DNA of 64,000 nt, taken from positions 30,694 to 94,693 of the forward strand of contig ONLL01000004.1 in assembly GCA_900318685.1 (NCBI GenBank), read 5' to 3'. Below, in pieces: positions 10,051-20,574 of this stretch (position 1 is its first letter; each line of letters opens with the position of its first letter). The notes under the pieces were generated by a model. That model worked only from the letters and a program-made list of their open reading frames with translations. It was not told the origin of the DNA and ran no database searches. The translations under genes and the position numbers were made by a program. Source of the DNA: an uncultured Prevotellaceae bacterium. GTDB lineage: Bacteria > Bacteroidota > Bacteroidia > Bacteroidales > Bacteroidaceae.

Positions 10051-13000
10051 TTATACCCAGTGCACGGCGTCGAGGCTGACTCCCCTGCCCTGCAGCTGCT
10101 GACAGCGCTTCTGCAGGTCGTCGAAGAGCTTCTCGGCCTTCTCCTCGTCGATGCTGTAGTATGCCTGTATGATGCGGTTCATCTGAGCCAGCTGCATCAG
10201 GCACGACTCATGCTCCTGTATGAAGGCATTGCCGCTGAGCGAGTTGTAGTAGTCGAGATACTGGTTGGCACGCTGCCAGAAGTAGTCGAGGATGGGCGTG
10301 GCCTTCTCAGGCTGTCCGAGCTCGGCATAGAGCATGGCCTCGCGGAAGGAGGAGCCTGTCACATAGAAGGCCTGCTTGCCGTCCTGATAGCCCATATAGC
10401 GGCCTTCTATCTTGCGGCAGTCGAGGTCGTGAGGCACGTTGGCAGGCGGCAGCTCGCGGTCCATCTTGGTGAGCACCTCAAGGGCCTTGTCTTTCTGTCC
10501 CTCGTCGAAGAGGTGCTCGGCCAGCTCGACCATAAGCATCTTGTGGGTGAGACACATGCGCATGACGGTCTCGTCGAGATAGATGCCCGGCGTGTTGACG
10601 CCACCGAACTTAAAGCGATGCATGACATTGTCGTAGGTCTTCTCGGTGTCGAAGTTGCTGAAGCCCTGCTGACGGGTGTTGTAAGGCGTGATGCGATAGG
10701 CCAGTCCCTCCTGCACGAAGTGGTTGTCGAGGCTCATGAGGTTGTCGCTGCCCACGGTCATAGCGACGTAGATGGGCCGCTCCCAGTTGGCATTGGCCAG
10801 CATCTCGAGCATCATAAGCTTGCTCTTGTCAAGCGACCGCATGCCCTTGAGCGAGAAGTCCATACGCTCAGGTATGCTGTCGCCCTGAATCATCATCCCG
10901 CTGCGGCGAACGGCATCGGCATCGATGTTGATGTGGACGGTGTCGGTGGGGATGAAATGCAGGTCGGGATTGTCGGACAGCACCCAGTACTTCATGATGT
11001 TGCGCAGCTCGAAGGGGTCGTCGCCGAAATTCTGGCGGGCCTCGTCGGGATGCTGCTCATAATAGCTGAGCACCTCCTGCTTCATGTCGGGCACGATCTG
11101 GACGAGGTCGTTGGTGCCCGAGACGTACTTCAGTCGCGGCCAGGTGATGGGCAGCGACGGCGAGTCGTAGGCAGGACGCACCATCTGGTCGATGTACCAG
11201 TCGGTGGCGAGATAGCTGAGGTTGCAGACGCGGGCATCGGTCCTGACGCCCTCGGTGTCCATGTTGTACCAGAGCGGGAAGGTGTCGTTGTCGCCGTTGG
11301 TGAAGATGATGGGGTTGCCCTCCTGCTGAAGGGTCATGAGATAGTTCTGTCCGAAGTCGCGGCAGGTGTAGCGTCCGGAGCGGTCGTGATCGTCCCAGGT
11401 CTGCGATGCCATCTGGATAGGCACAATGAGACAGAGGAGAGAGACGACTGCTGCGAGAGCCGTACGCAGGTGTTGTGCCTTCAGCTTCTTATCGAGCCAC
11501 TTGGTCAGCATGGTGATGATGGCTGCCACGCCTATTCCGCACCAGATGGCGTAGGCATAGAACGAACCTGCATAGGCATAGTCGCGCTCACGCGGCTGCA
11601 GCGGTGTCTGGTTGAGGTAGACGACGATGGCCAGGCCAGTCATGAAGAAGAGGAAGAACACCACCCAGAACTGCTGTATGCCCTTGCGTCCGCGATAGAG
11701 CATCTGCCAGAAGAGTCCGATGAGTCCGAGGATGAGAGGCAAGCAGTAGAACACGTTGTGGCCCTTGTTGTTCTTCAACTCGTCGGGCAGCTTCGACTGG
11801 TCGCCCAGGAGCGTGTTGTCAATGAACGAGAATCCTGTCAGGGCATTGCCGTGCTCGCGCTCGCCATAGCTGCCCTGAATGTCGTTCTGACGTCCGGCGA
11901 AGTTCCAGAGGAAATAGCGCCAATACATGTAGTTGCACTGGAAGGAAAAGAAGAAGCTGAGATTGTCCCAGAAGGTGGGCAGGGTGATATTCTGCGAGCT
12001 GTACTCCGACTGCACCTCGCGGCCGCTGATGCCTCCGTGCCACGTCTTGTAGAAGGCTACGTGCTGTGGCTGTGAGGAGTACATGCGCGGGAAGAACATG
12101 TTCTGAGCATAGACCAGTTCCATCTTGTGGTCGGCGATGTAGTACTCGTCGGGATCGGTGGGATTGGCTTTCTCGCGGCGCTCGTAGATGGGTGCTCCCT
12201 CCTTGATCTTGGCATAGCCGTCATTGCCTGCCTCAGGCTCAGAGGAGAATGCCTGTCCGTAGAGCAGCGGGCGATAGCCATACTGGTCGCGGCTGAGGTA
12301 GCTGCCCAGGGTGAAGATATCCTCGGGGGAGTTCTGGTCCATTGGCGGGTTGGCACTCGAGCGTATTACAATGACTGCATAAGTGGAATAGCCAATCATG
12401 AGCATGAGCATGCAGAGCAGCGTGGTGTTCTTCAGACGGGCCGTAATGAGGGGCACGGGGTTCTTCTTGCCGACGCGGCGGAAGAGAGCATAGCCCACGA
12501 TGGCCAGCACGATGATGCCGATGAAGAAGGCTCCCCAACCATAGCCGTAGAAGGGTACACCCAGGAGTCCGAAGCTCAGGAGGAAGGCAATGTTCTGGCG
12601 ATTCCAGTTCTTCTCAGAGGCATTCTGAGTCTCGTAGATAGCCCAGATGACGCTGCCGATGAGCAGGGCGAGGTAGACGAGCAGGCCCGTATTGAACGGC
12701 ATGTGGAGGTTATTGACGAAGAACAGCTCGAACCATCCACCCACGGTGATGATGCCCGGCACGACGCCGTAGAGCACGGCAGCAAGAATGACGATAGAGA
12801 CGCACAGCGCCACAAAGGCACCCTTGGCATTGGCATTGGGGAAGCGGCGGAAGTACCACACCAGCACGATGGCGGGCAGGCACAAGAGGTTGAGCAGGTG
12901 AACACCGATGGAGAGACCCGTCATATACATGATGAGCACCAGCCAGCGGTCGCTGTGAGGCTCGTCGGCATGCTCCTCCCACTTCAGGATGAGCCAGAAC

Positions 13001-13494
13001 ACGACGGCAGTGAATGCCGACGAATAGGCGTAGACCTCACCCTCGACGGCCGAGTACCAGAAGGTGTCGCTGAACGTATAGATAAGGGCTCCCACAAGGC
13101 CTGAGGCCTCGATGGCAATGAGCTTCCAAAGGCTCGTCTCAGCTGCCGGGTTGGCATCACTGCTTGTCAGGGGAACATTCAGCAGACGCCTGACCAAGTG
13201 GGTGATGCTCCAGAAAAGGAACAAGATGCAGGCTGCCGAGAGCAGGGCACTCATGGTGTTGACCATACGCGCCACCTGAGCAGGATCGCTGGTGAACTGC
13301 GAGAAGAGGTTGGCAGTAAGCATAAAGAAGGGTGCACCAGGCGGGTGTCCGACTTCCATCTTGTAGCCTGTGGTAATAAACTCAGGACAGTCCCAGAAGG
13401 AGGCTGTAGGTTCGATGGTGGAGCAATAGACAAAGGCGGCGATGAAGAACGTCAGCCAGCCCAGCACATTGTCCACAAGGCGAAAATGTTTCAT
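10051..13494 (-). CDS. DUF2723 multi-TM membrane protein (GT-C-like glycosyltransferase family)
   Basis: PTASFWDCPEF, VGHPPGAPFF, SAVEGEVYA, QPRERDYAY, FTNGDNDTFPLWY motifs. Start set at MKHF (13494), downstream of a TACCTTTG box. Confidence 0.88.
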   Translation of the reverse strand: MKHFRLVDNVLGWLTFFIAAFVYCSTIEPTASFWDCPEFITTGYKMEVGHPPGAPFFMLTANLFSQFTSDPAQVARMVNTMSALLSAACILFLFWSITHLVRRLLNVPLTSSDANPAAETSLWKLIAIEASGLVGALIYTFSDTFWYSAVEGEVYAYSSAFTAVVFWLILKWEEHADEPHSDRWLVLIMYMTGLSIGVHLLNLLCLPAIVLVWYFRRFPNANAKGAFVALCVSIVILAAVLYGVVPGIITVGGWFELFFVNNLHMPFNTGLLVYLALLIGSVIWAIYETQNASEKNWNRQNIAFLLSFGLLGVPFYGYGWGAFFIGIIVLAIVGYALFRRVGKKNPVPLITARLKNTTLLCMLMLMIGYSTYAVIVIRSSANPPMDQNSPEDIFTLGSYLSRDQYGYRPLLYGQAFSSEPEAGNDGYAKIKEGAPIYERREKANPTDPDEYYIADHKMELVYAQNMFFPRMYSSQPQHVAFYKTWHGGISGREVQSEYSSQNITLPTFWDNLSFFFSFQCNYMYWRYFLWNFAGRQNDIQGSYGEREHGNALTGFSFIDNTLLGDQSKLPDELKNNKGHNVFYCLPLILGLIGLFWQMLYRGRKGIQQFWVVFFLFFMTGLAIVVYLNQTPLQPRERDYAYAGSFYAYAIWCGIGVAAIITMLTKWLDKKLKAQHLRTALAAVVSLLCLIVPIQMASQTWDDHDRSGRYTCRDFGQNYLMTLQQEGNPIIFTNGDNDTFPLWYNMDTEGVRTDARVCNLSYLATDWYIDQMVRPAYDSPSLPITWPRLKYVSGTNDLVQIVPDMKQEVLSYYEQHPDEARQNFGDDPFELRNIMKYWVLSDNPDLHFIPTDTVHINIDADAVRRSGMMIQGDSIPERMDFSLKGMRSLDKSKLMMLEMLANANWERPIYVAMTVGSDNLMSLDNHFVQEGLAYRITPYNTRQQGFSNFDTEKTYDNVMHRFKFGGVNTPGIYLDETVMRMCLTHKMLMVELAEHLFDEGQKDKALEVLTKMDRELPPANVPHDLDCRKIEGRYMGYQDGKQAFYVTGSSFREAMLYAELGQPEKATPILDYFWQRANQYLDYYNSLSGNAFIQEHESCLMQLAQMNRIIQAYYSIDEEKAEKLFDDLQKRCQQLQGRGVSLDAVHWV

Positions 13495-13663
13495 CTCTTT
13501 CTTAACATTAAGTTTGCAAACTGCCTGCAAAGGTACAACTTTTTGGGGAGTTAAAGGAGTTAATGGAGTTAAAGGGAGTTAAAGGGCTGTTGTTTTTTAA
13601 GAAAGGAGTCCAAAGAGCAACCGTTTTTCAGGGAAAGAAGTCGCAAAAGACATTATTTCCAGC

Positions 13664-14116
13664 TCACATGAAAGGCTGGAAGACGTAGATAAGAATAATG
13701 TATCGGAAGATCTTGCCCAGGGTGATGGCGATGAAGGTGATGACGGGGTTGGCACGCATCAGCCCCAGCAGAATGGTGATGGCCGACCCCAACAAGGGCA
13801 CAAAGGCGAAGAAACCCATCCACGCACCGCGGCCCTTCATGAACCGCTCGGCACGCGCCATACTCTCCGGACTGACATGAAGGTACTTCTCGAACCACTC
13901 CGTCTTGCCCATCCGGCCGATGCAGTAGTTCACCACCGACCCCATCACATTGCCGACGGTGCCGTAGACCATCAGCAGCCACGGATCGAGCCCGGCAGCC
14001 ATGAGGCCCACCATGACCGCCTCGCTGGAGAAAGGAAAGAAGCTGCCTGCCAGGAAAGCGGCCAGCAGCATGCCCCAGTAGCCATAGGAGGTCAGAAGAT
14101 CAATGATTGCGTCCAT
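13664..14116 (-). CDS. YqaA/DedA (SNARE-associated) family membrane protein
   Basis: AFLAGSFFPFSSE, GNVMGSVVNYCIGR, GKIFRY. Confidence 0.88.
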   Translation of the reverse strand: MDAIIDLLTSYGYWGMLLAAFLAGSFFPFSSEAVMVGLMAAGLDPWLLMVYGTVGNVMGSVVNYCIGRMGKTEWFEKYLHVSPESMARAERFMKGRGAWMGFFAFVPLLGSAITILLGLMRANPVITFIAITLGKIFRYIILIYVFQPFM

Positions 14117-15021
14117 AGGCTGAAGGCGGCGATGACGACTGCCAAGCCTGCCGTCACGAAGAACAGGATATTGCTTATGCGGCTGGCGGTGAAAGTGAAG
14201 ACATGGGCAATGAGGGGGCTGGCACAGACGACGGCTATGCGCAGGAGGGCATCATAATGCTGCGGCTGAAGGACGATGAACAGCAGGGTGAACGACAACA
14301 GCGAGGTGAGGAAGCCATAGATGAGGCGGATGCGTATCTTCTCCTCGAAGCTGTAGCTCCAAAAATGAATGACACCTGCAGCCGACTGGATGACAAGGAA
14401 GGCAAACACCAGGATACGGCTCAAGGTGAGCTGCTGCAGCGAGAAGCCAAACTGACCAAGGGCCGAAAAATGGGTGACCGCCAGGCTGAAGTCCTGCTGG
14501 TAGAGCAGCCAAACCAGCGCAAACCAATAGGGCGTGACCAGACCAAGAAGGGAGGCCAGCCACGTGCGCCAGCTCATGGCCTGCAACTGTGTGGACAGGA
14601 GCAGCCACAGCAGGGGTACATACCACAGCAGCTGCACAAACGCCATGCTACCGACACCGATGCTGACAAAGGCGAAATAGACGTCGCCCACAGCCTGTGG
14701 ATTCTGATATGCCTGGAAAGACATCAGGAAAGTGACTACGATACACAGTTGCAGCAGCGCGCCTTTCATGTCGGGTAAAAGGAAACAGGCCGCACAGGAG
14801 AGCATGATAAAGGTGGACGACACCATGCGGCTGCGCACCCTGAGCAGCGCATTCTGGTTGCTCAGCTCCACGAGCAGATAGACTGACAGCACGAAAAGGC
14901 CGAACTGCAGCCATAGCTCACGCTGCACCAAGCCCTCCAGCAGCCACACCATCAGACCGAACAACGCCGCTGCGGGCAGCGTCATTCCTCCCTCCGCAAT
15001 CCTGTTCTGTAGTCGTTTCAC
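14092..15021 (-). CDS. Conserved Bacteroidales polytopic membrane protein
   Basis: About 9 hydrophobic segments; lies between purD and yqaA. Confidence 0.75.
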   Translation of the reverse strand: MKRLQNRIAEGGMTLPAAALFGLMVWLLEGLVQRELWLQFGLFVLSVYLLVELSNQNALLRVRSRMVSSTFIMLSCAACFLLPDMKGALLQLCIVVTFLMSFQAYQNPQAVGDVYFAFVSIGVGSMAFVQLLWYVPLLWLLLSTQLQAMSWRTWLASLLGLVTPYWFALVWLLYQQDFSLAVTHFSALGQFGFSLQQLTLSRILVFAFLVIQSAAGVIHFWSYSFEEKIRIRLIYGFLTSLLSFTLLFIVLQPQHYDALLRIAVVCASPLIAHVFTFTASRISNILFFVTAGLAVVIAAFSLWTQSLIF

Positions 15022-15058
15022 GCTATCCTCTCAGATGCTGCCTGATTTCGACGAAGGA

Positions 15059-16333
15059 CTATCCTTTCAGATCCTGTCCGATGTCACGACGGAAATACTT
15101 GCCCGTGAACTGTATCTTCTGAGCTTCAGCGAATGATTTAGCGAGGGCCTCTTCCTTGTCCTTGCCATAGCTGCTGACGGCAATGACTCGTCCACCAGCT
15201 GTGACGACACTGCCATCCTTGAGCGCCGTGCCAGCATGAAAGACGACAGAGCCCTCCACCTGATCGATGCCAGTGATGGGGTAGCCTTTCTGGTAGGCCT
15301 GAGGATAGCCACCCGAAACAAGCATCACACAGACGGCAGCCCGCTCATCGAACTCAATGACCCGCTGGTCGAGATTGCCTTGTGCCACACCTTCAAGCAG
15401 GTCGACGAGGTCGCTCTTCAAGCGCAACATGACGGTCTCTGTCTCTGGGTCACCCATGCGGCAATTGTATTCAATAACCATCGGATTGCCAGCGACATTG
15501 ATGAGTCCGAAGAAGATGAATCCCTTGTAGTCGATGCCCTCAGCACGGAGTCCTTCGACAGTGGGACGAATGATGCGGCCCTCCACCTTCTGCATCCACT
15601 CAGCATTAGCAAAAGGAACGGGCGAGACGGAGCCCATACCACCTGTGTTCAAGCCAGTGTCGCCCTCCCCGATGCGCTTGTAGTCCTTGGCCTCGGGCAG
15701 GATCTTATAGTGGTCGCCGTCAGTGAGCACGAAGACTGAGCACTCAATACCGCTGAGGAACTCTTCGATGACCACACGGGCAGAGGCATTGCCAAACATG
15801 CCGCCTAACATCTCCTTCAGCTCCTGCTTCGCTTCGTCGAGCGTAGGAAGGATCAGCACACCTTTGCCGGCACAGAGGCCATCGGCCTTCAGCACATAGG
15901 GAGGCTGGAGGCTCTCGAGGAACGACAAGCCCTCCTGCAGGTGCTCGCCGTCGAAGGTCTGATAGCGCGCAGTGGGAATGCCGTGACGCTGCATGAAACC
16001 CTTGGCAAAGTCCTTCGAGCCCTCCAAGACGGCACCTGCCTTCGACGGGCCAATGACGGGAATATGGCTAGTGCGGGGGTCGGCATGCAGGTCGTCGTAG
16101 ACACCCTTCACTAGAGGATCCTCGGGGCCAACGACCACCATATCAATCGTTTCCTTCTCGCAGAAAGCCTTGATGGCCTCGAAGTCGTCGGCTTTCATGG
16201 CTACGTTCGTTCCGACGCCACAAGTGCCGGCATTGCCAGGAGCAATGAACAGTCTATCACACTTCTCACTCTGAGCGATTTTCCATGCCAGGGCGTGCTC
16301 GCGTCCGCCGCTGCCTAAGAGTAGTATCTTCAT
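15059..16333 (-). CDS. purD: Phosphoribosylamine-glycine ligase
   Basis: [44 protein letters not shown]; true start 16333. Confidence 0.97.
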   Translation of the reverse strand: MKILLLGSGGREHALAWKIAQSEKCDRLFIAPGNAGTCGVGTNVAMKADDFEAIKAFCEKETIDMVVVGPEDPLVKGVYDDLHADPRTSHIPVIGPSKAGAVLEGSKDFAKGFMQRHGIPTARYQTFDGEHLQEGLSFLESLQPPYVLKADGLCAGKGVLILPTLDEAKQELKEMLGGMFGNASARVVIEEFLSGIECSVFVLTDGDHYKILPEAKDYKRIGEGDTGLNTGGMGSVSPVPFANAEWMQKVEGRIIRPTVEGLRAEGIDYKGFIFFGLINVAGNPMVIEYNCRMGDPETETVMLRLKSDLVDLLEGVAQGNLDQRVIEFDERAAVCVMLVSGGYPQAYQKGYPITGIDQVEGSVVFHAGTALKDGSVVTAGGRVIAVSSYGKDKEEALAKSFAEAQKIQFTGKYFRRDIGQDLKG

Positions 16334-16505
16334 GCTTATATTGATTTTGTTTTCCTTACAGCCTGCAAAGGTACGAATATTTTTTTGCACATCAGCTGTT
16401 TTTTGGAAGATTAACGTCTCAAAAAAGACAGAAAGTTTGGTGGAGTATAGTTTTTTTTGTAATTTTGCCCTCGAAATTCCATTAAACACGCAAAATTAAT
16501 TCACG

Positions 16506-18131
16506 ATGAGAAAACTGCTTTTAGGCGATGAGGCAATAGCACAAGGTGCTCTTGATGCCGGACTGAGCGGCGTCTATGCCTATCCTGGGACTCCCTCAAC
16601 GGAGATTACTGAGTATATCCAACTGTCACCACTGGCCCGCGAAAGAGGCGTGCACAGCCGGTGGAGTACCAACGAGAAGACTGCTATGGAAGAAGCCCTT
16701 GGCATGTCGTTCATGGGAAAGAGGGCGCTGGTTTGTATGAAGCATGTGGGCATGAACGTATGTGCCGACCCCTTCGTCAACAGCGGCATGACAGGTGTCA
16801 ACGGAGGCGTGGTCGTGCTCGTGGCCGACGATCCCTCGATGCACTCCTCACAGGACGAGCAGGACTCCCGCTTCTACGGGAAGTTCGCTATGGTGCCCAC
16901 TTTCGAGCCCAGTTCGCAGCAGGAGGCATACGACATGATGAGCGTGGCTTTCGACTATAGCGAGCGTGTGTGCCTGCCCGTGCTGATGCGCGTCACTACC
17001 CGCATGGCTCATAGTCGCGCTGTCGTGGAGGTGAAGAGCGAGCCCAGACAGGAGAACGAGCTGAACTATCAGGCTGTGGCTGCCAACTGGGTGCTGCTGC
17101 CAGCCAACGCCCGCAAGCGCAACGACAAGGTGACGGCACAGCAGCGCGAACTGGAAGAGGATGCCGCCGCCTCTACCTATAATATTTATGTGGAAGGTCA
17201 CGACCACCAGCTGGGCATCATCGCCAGCGGCATCGGGTTCAACTACGTCAACGAGTGCTTCCCCGAAGGCAGCCCCTACCCCATCCTGAAGATCTCGCAG
17301 TATCCCCTGCCCCGGAAGCTGGTCAGGCGCATGATGGCTGAATGCAGCGAGGTGCTCATCGTTGAGGAGGGACAGCCGTTCATCGAGGACATCGTGCGCG
17401 GCGTAGGCGACAGCACGGCCATCCACGGCAAGCTCAACGGGACCCTGCCCCGCACCGGCGAGCTCAATCCAGACGTGGTGAAAAAAGCATTTGCAAAAAT
17501 CTCAACTCTCAAATCTCAATTCTCAAACCTAGACGAGTGTTTTGCTCCCTGTGAGGATGTGGCACCACGCCCACCGGCTCTCTGTCAGGGCTGCGGACAT
17601 CGCGATGTATATGCTGCCCTTAACGAGGTGCTGAAGGAATACGACAATCCTCGTGTCTTTGGCGACATCGGATGCTACACGCTCGGATTCCTGCCTCCCT
17701 TCCGCGCCATCCACTCTTGTGTGGACATGGGTGCATCAATCACTATGGCCAAGGGTGCAGCCGACGCAGGCCAATGGCCTGCTGTGGCTGTCATTGGCGA
17801 CTCCACTTTCACACATAGCGGTATGACGGGACTGCTGGATGCCATCAACGAGAATGCCGACATCACCGTCATCATTAGCGACAACCTCACTACTGGCATG
17901 ACGGGCGGACAGGACTCGGCCGGCACGAACAAGTTTGAGGCCATCTGCCGAGGACTGGGACTCAGCGACGAGCATCTGCGCGTAGTTGTGCCTTTGCCCA
18001 AGAACATGCCGGAGATTACTCAGGCCATACGCGACGAGATCAACTACCACGGCACCAGCGTCATCATACCACGCAGAGAGTGCATGCAAACATTACAGAG
18101 ACACCTAAAGGCGAAGAAGTTAAAAAGTTAA
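16506..18131 (+). CDS. iorA: Indolepyruvate:ferredoxin oxidoreductase alpha subunit
   Basis: LLGDEAIA, YPGTPSTEI, MKHVGMNV, RPPALCQGCGH, GDIGCYTL, GDSTFTHSG. Confidence 0.93.
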   Translation: MRKLLLGDEAIAQGALDAGLSGVYAYPGTPSTEITEYIQLSPLARERGVHSRWSTNEKTAMEEALGMSFMGKRALVCMKHVGMNVCADPFVNSGMTGVNGGVVVLVADDPSMHSSQDEQDSRFYGKFAMVPTFEPSSQQEAYDMMSVAFDYSERVCLPVLMRVTTRMAHSRAVVEVKSEPRQENELNYQAVAANWVLLPANARKRNDKVTAQQRELEEDAAASTYNIYVEGHDHQLGIIASGIGFNYVNECFPEGSPYPILKISQYPLPRKLVRRMMAECSEVLIVEEGQPFIEDIVRGVGDSTAIHGKLNGTLPRTGELNPDVVKKAFAKISTLKSQFSNLDECFAPCEDVAPRPPALCQGCGHRDVYAALNEVLKEYDNPRVFGDIGCYTLGFLPPFRAIHSCVDMGASITMAKGAADAGQWPAVAVIGDSTFTHSGMTGLLDAINENADITVIISDNLTTGMTGGQDSAGTNKFEAICRGLGLSDEHLRVVVPLPKNMPEITQAIRDEINYHGTSVIIPRRECMQTLQRHLKAKKLKS

Positions 18132-18169
18132 AAGGGTTTAACGTTTTAACATTTCAACATTTTAACATT

Positions 18170-18739
18170 ATGAAAACCGATATCATACTCTGCGGAGTGG
18201 GAGGACAAGGCATCCTCTCCATCGCAACCATCATTGGCGAGGCAGCCATGAACGAAAACCTCTACATCAAGCAGGCTGAGGTACACGGCATGAGTCAGAG
18301 AGGAGGCGACGTGCAGTCGAATCTGCGCATCTCGTCTGATCCCATCCACAGCGACCTCATCGCACGAGGCGGTGCCGATGTCATCATCTCTATGGAGCCT
18401 ATGGAGGCTCTGCGCTACCTCCCCTGGCTCAAGCCTGAGGGATGGGTCATCACAAGCAGCACGCCGTTCGTGAATATCCCCAACTATCCTGACATGGAAG
18501 TGATCAAAGCCGACCTGGCCAAGCTTCCCCACGTCATCATGCTCGACATCGAACAGCTGGCGAAAGACAACGGTGTGCCTCGCTCGGCCAATGTCATCCT
18601 CCTGGGAGCCGCACAGAAGGCCCTCGGACTGGAGTACGAGAAGCTCGAGAATGCCATCCGCCGCGTCTTTTCCCGCAAGGGCGATGCGGTCGTAGAGGCC
18701 AACATCAAGGCATTGGCTCTAGGACGGGAAGCACAATAA
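18170..18739 (+). CDS. iorB: Indolepyruvate oxidoreductase beta subunit
   Basis: MKTDIILCGVGGQG, AEVHGMSQRGGDV; start 18170. Confidence 0.93.
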   Translation: MKTDIILCGVGGQGILSIATIIGEAAMNENLYIKQAEVHGMSQRGGDVQSNLRISSDPIHSDLIARGGADVIISMEPMEALRYLPWLKPEGWVITSSTPFVNIPNYPDMEVIKADLAKLPHVIMLDIEQLAKDNGVPRSANVILLGAAQKALGLEYEKLENAIRRVFSRKGDAVVEANIKALALGREAQ

Positions 18740-18804
18740 TCGTACAAACATTGAAGGCACGCCATTGATTGATGACGTGCCTTCAAACTTTCAGGTTCTA
18801 CGAC

Positions 18805-20535
18805 CTACTGAGTATTACCCAGCACAATATTCACGATACCAACAGCATCGCTGATGGTAATCTTCTTGTCGCCATTGACGTCGGCAGCATTCTCGTCGAA
18901 CGGGTCGGGCGTGTTGCCAAGGATGTGGTTCACCACAGCGATGGCATCAGCGATGGTCACGGTGCCGCTCATATCGGCATCGCCTAAACGTCCGATGAGG
19001 TTGTAGTTCAGCGTGACGTAGTTGTAGTAGGAGCTTTCTGGACGGTCGTGCACCACTATATAATAGGTGTCGTTGGCAGGAACCTGTATCTCTCCCTGCG
19101 TCGTGGCCTCGTCGCCCTCAGCACTGTATATCTCGCGGCCTGTCGTGACGGAGAAGATCTGTATCGTGGCAGGATGGTCGAGATAGAAGCGGAGCACATT
19201 GCCGGCATCCACATTCAGGAAGTACCACTGCATGGCGTTGGCTGCGCTCAGGTCAGCAGGGCCGTTGTTGGCGAGGAGCGACCAGGCGGTCTCATAGTTA
19301 AGCTCATAGTACACACGCTCGTCCACATACTCTCGAACGAGGTCGGTGAAGCGTCCGCCGACATCGAAGAAGCGCATGTGTAGGTCGTTCTTGGCGAAGA
19401 TGGCTGGCTTGGTGGGATTGCCGCCAAGGAAGCCGAAGGCGAACTTCTTGCTGCGGATAGGCTTCTCCACCAATGACAAGTTGGCAACGAGATGGAAGGG
19501 ATCCTGCTTTGGATCGACAGGAAGCTTCATGATTTCCCCATTGCCGTCGTCTTCGTTCAGCCAATACCAGTACTGCGTGATGCCATAGCCGCCCACAGGA
19601 ATCTTGATGAAGAAGTGGGTCTGCACATCCGTGTTCACACCCTTGCCATTGCTGAGGAGGAAGGAGATGCGATGCAGGCCGTCGCTGAGGGCGCTGACAT
19701 CGACGTCGAAGTGATAGGTGTTGTCGCCCATCGTGCCGGCCACATTGTCGAAGCTACCGCCGTCGAGGGCGTAGTAGCACTTCATCTCGCCAAACTCCGT
19801 GCTGGTGGCCTCGCGGAAGAAGAATCCCTGATAGAGATTGGAGGCAGTGCCGCTGGGGGTGACCACCTGTATATAGATACGGTGGAAGCCCTGCGGCAGC
19901 GAGCTCACGTCGATGTTCCAGCTGATGATGCCCCCTGAGGCCGACACGTTCTCCTGCTTGAACTTCTGGTCGTCGATGATGCAGAGGCAGGTCATGTGGT
20001 CTACGCCCTGGGTCTGTGGGAGCTTGATGAAGGGATAGAGGCGTGGCGTGCCTAATGTGCCGCTCTGGCCCACGGGCTGCAGGTTGAGATAGTGGAAGCC
20101 GTCGGAGACAGCCCGCATGTCGAGCATCGCGGCCTGGCCTGTGGCTGTAATAGTCTGGGCATGCGCATCGTCGCTGTCCACCCAATAGCGAACATTACAA
20201 TTGGGCTGAGGCACCTTCACGAAATAGCGGGTGACAGGCACACTGTACATCTCTTCAGGCTCTGTGTCTACCACGTACTGCTCGAAATAGATGTTTTCAT
20301 CTGGATCAACCCACGTAGCCAAATGATGACCCACGACTTTTTGGCAATTTCCCTTCACCTGAATATGGATGGCATGCAGCGACTCGCTCAGGCCGCTCAC
20401 GTCGGCCTGCACCAATTGCGACGTGCCCGTCTGGAGAGTAGAGAGGTCGTTGTCGAACCAGTACTGCCACCCCGTTTGTCCCCTCGCCGCACTATGCAGG
20501 CAAAGGGCCATGAGGAAAACTATATACTTTCGCAT
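18805..20535 (-). CDS. Secreted protein with repeated YWFD/YWVD beta-sandwich units and C-terminal dockerin-like domain
   Basis: Signal peptide; repeated DVSxLxxGxH units; GDADMSGTVTIAD...ADVNGDKKITISD. Confidence 0.78.
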   Translation of the reverse strand: MRKYIVFLMALCLHSAARGQTGWQYWFDNDLSTLQTGTSQLVQADVSGLSESLHAIHIQVKGNCQKVVGHHLATWVDPDENIYFEQYVVDTEPEEMYSVPVTRYFVKVPQPNCNVRYWVDSDDAHAQTITATGQAAMLDMRAVSDGFHYLNLQPVGQSGTLGTPRLYPFIKLPQTQGVDHMTCLCIIDDQKFKQENVSASGGIISWNIDVSSLPQGFHRIYIQVVTPSGTASNLYQGFFFREATSTEFGEMKCYYALDGGSFDNVAGTMGDNTYHFDVDVSALSDGLHRISFLLSNGKGVNTDVQTHFFIKIPVGGYGITQYWYWLNEDDGNGEIMKLPVDPKQDPFHLVANLSLVEKPIRSKKFAFGFLGGNPTKPAIFAKNDLHMRFFDVGGRFTDLVREYVDERVYYELNYETAWSLLANNGPADLSAANAMQWYFLNVDAGNVLRFYLDHPATIQIFSVTTGREIYSAEGDEATTQGEIQVPANDTYYIVVHDRPESSYYNYVTLNYNLIGRLGDADMSGTVTIADAIAVVNHILGNTPDPFDENAADVNGDKKITISDAVGIVNIVLGNTQ

Positions 20536-20574
20536 AAGCTACAGTATTTCAATCTTCAACTTTCATTCTTCAAG

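Noticed and set aside
9430-12075. 881-aa + strand ORF (and similar long antisense ORFs at 7417-8436, 12127-13104, 52365-53627)
   Set aside because: Shadows of well-supported genes on the opposite strand.
16334-16489. N-terminal extensions in the ORF track (purD, also DUF2723, iorB, rsmA, MGMT, cyclophilin)
   Set aside because: They run through promoter boxes or upstream genes; downstream ATGs match the family N-termini.
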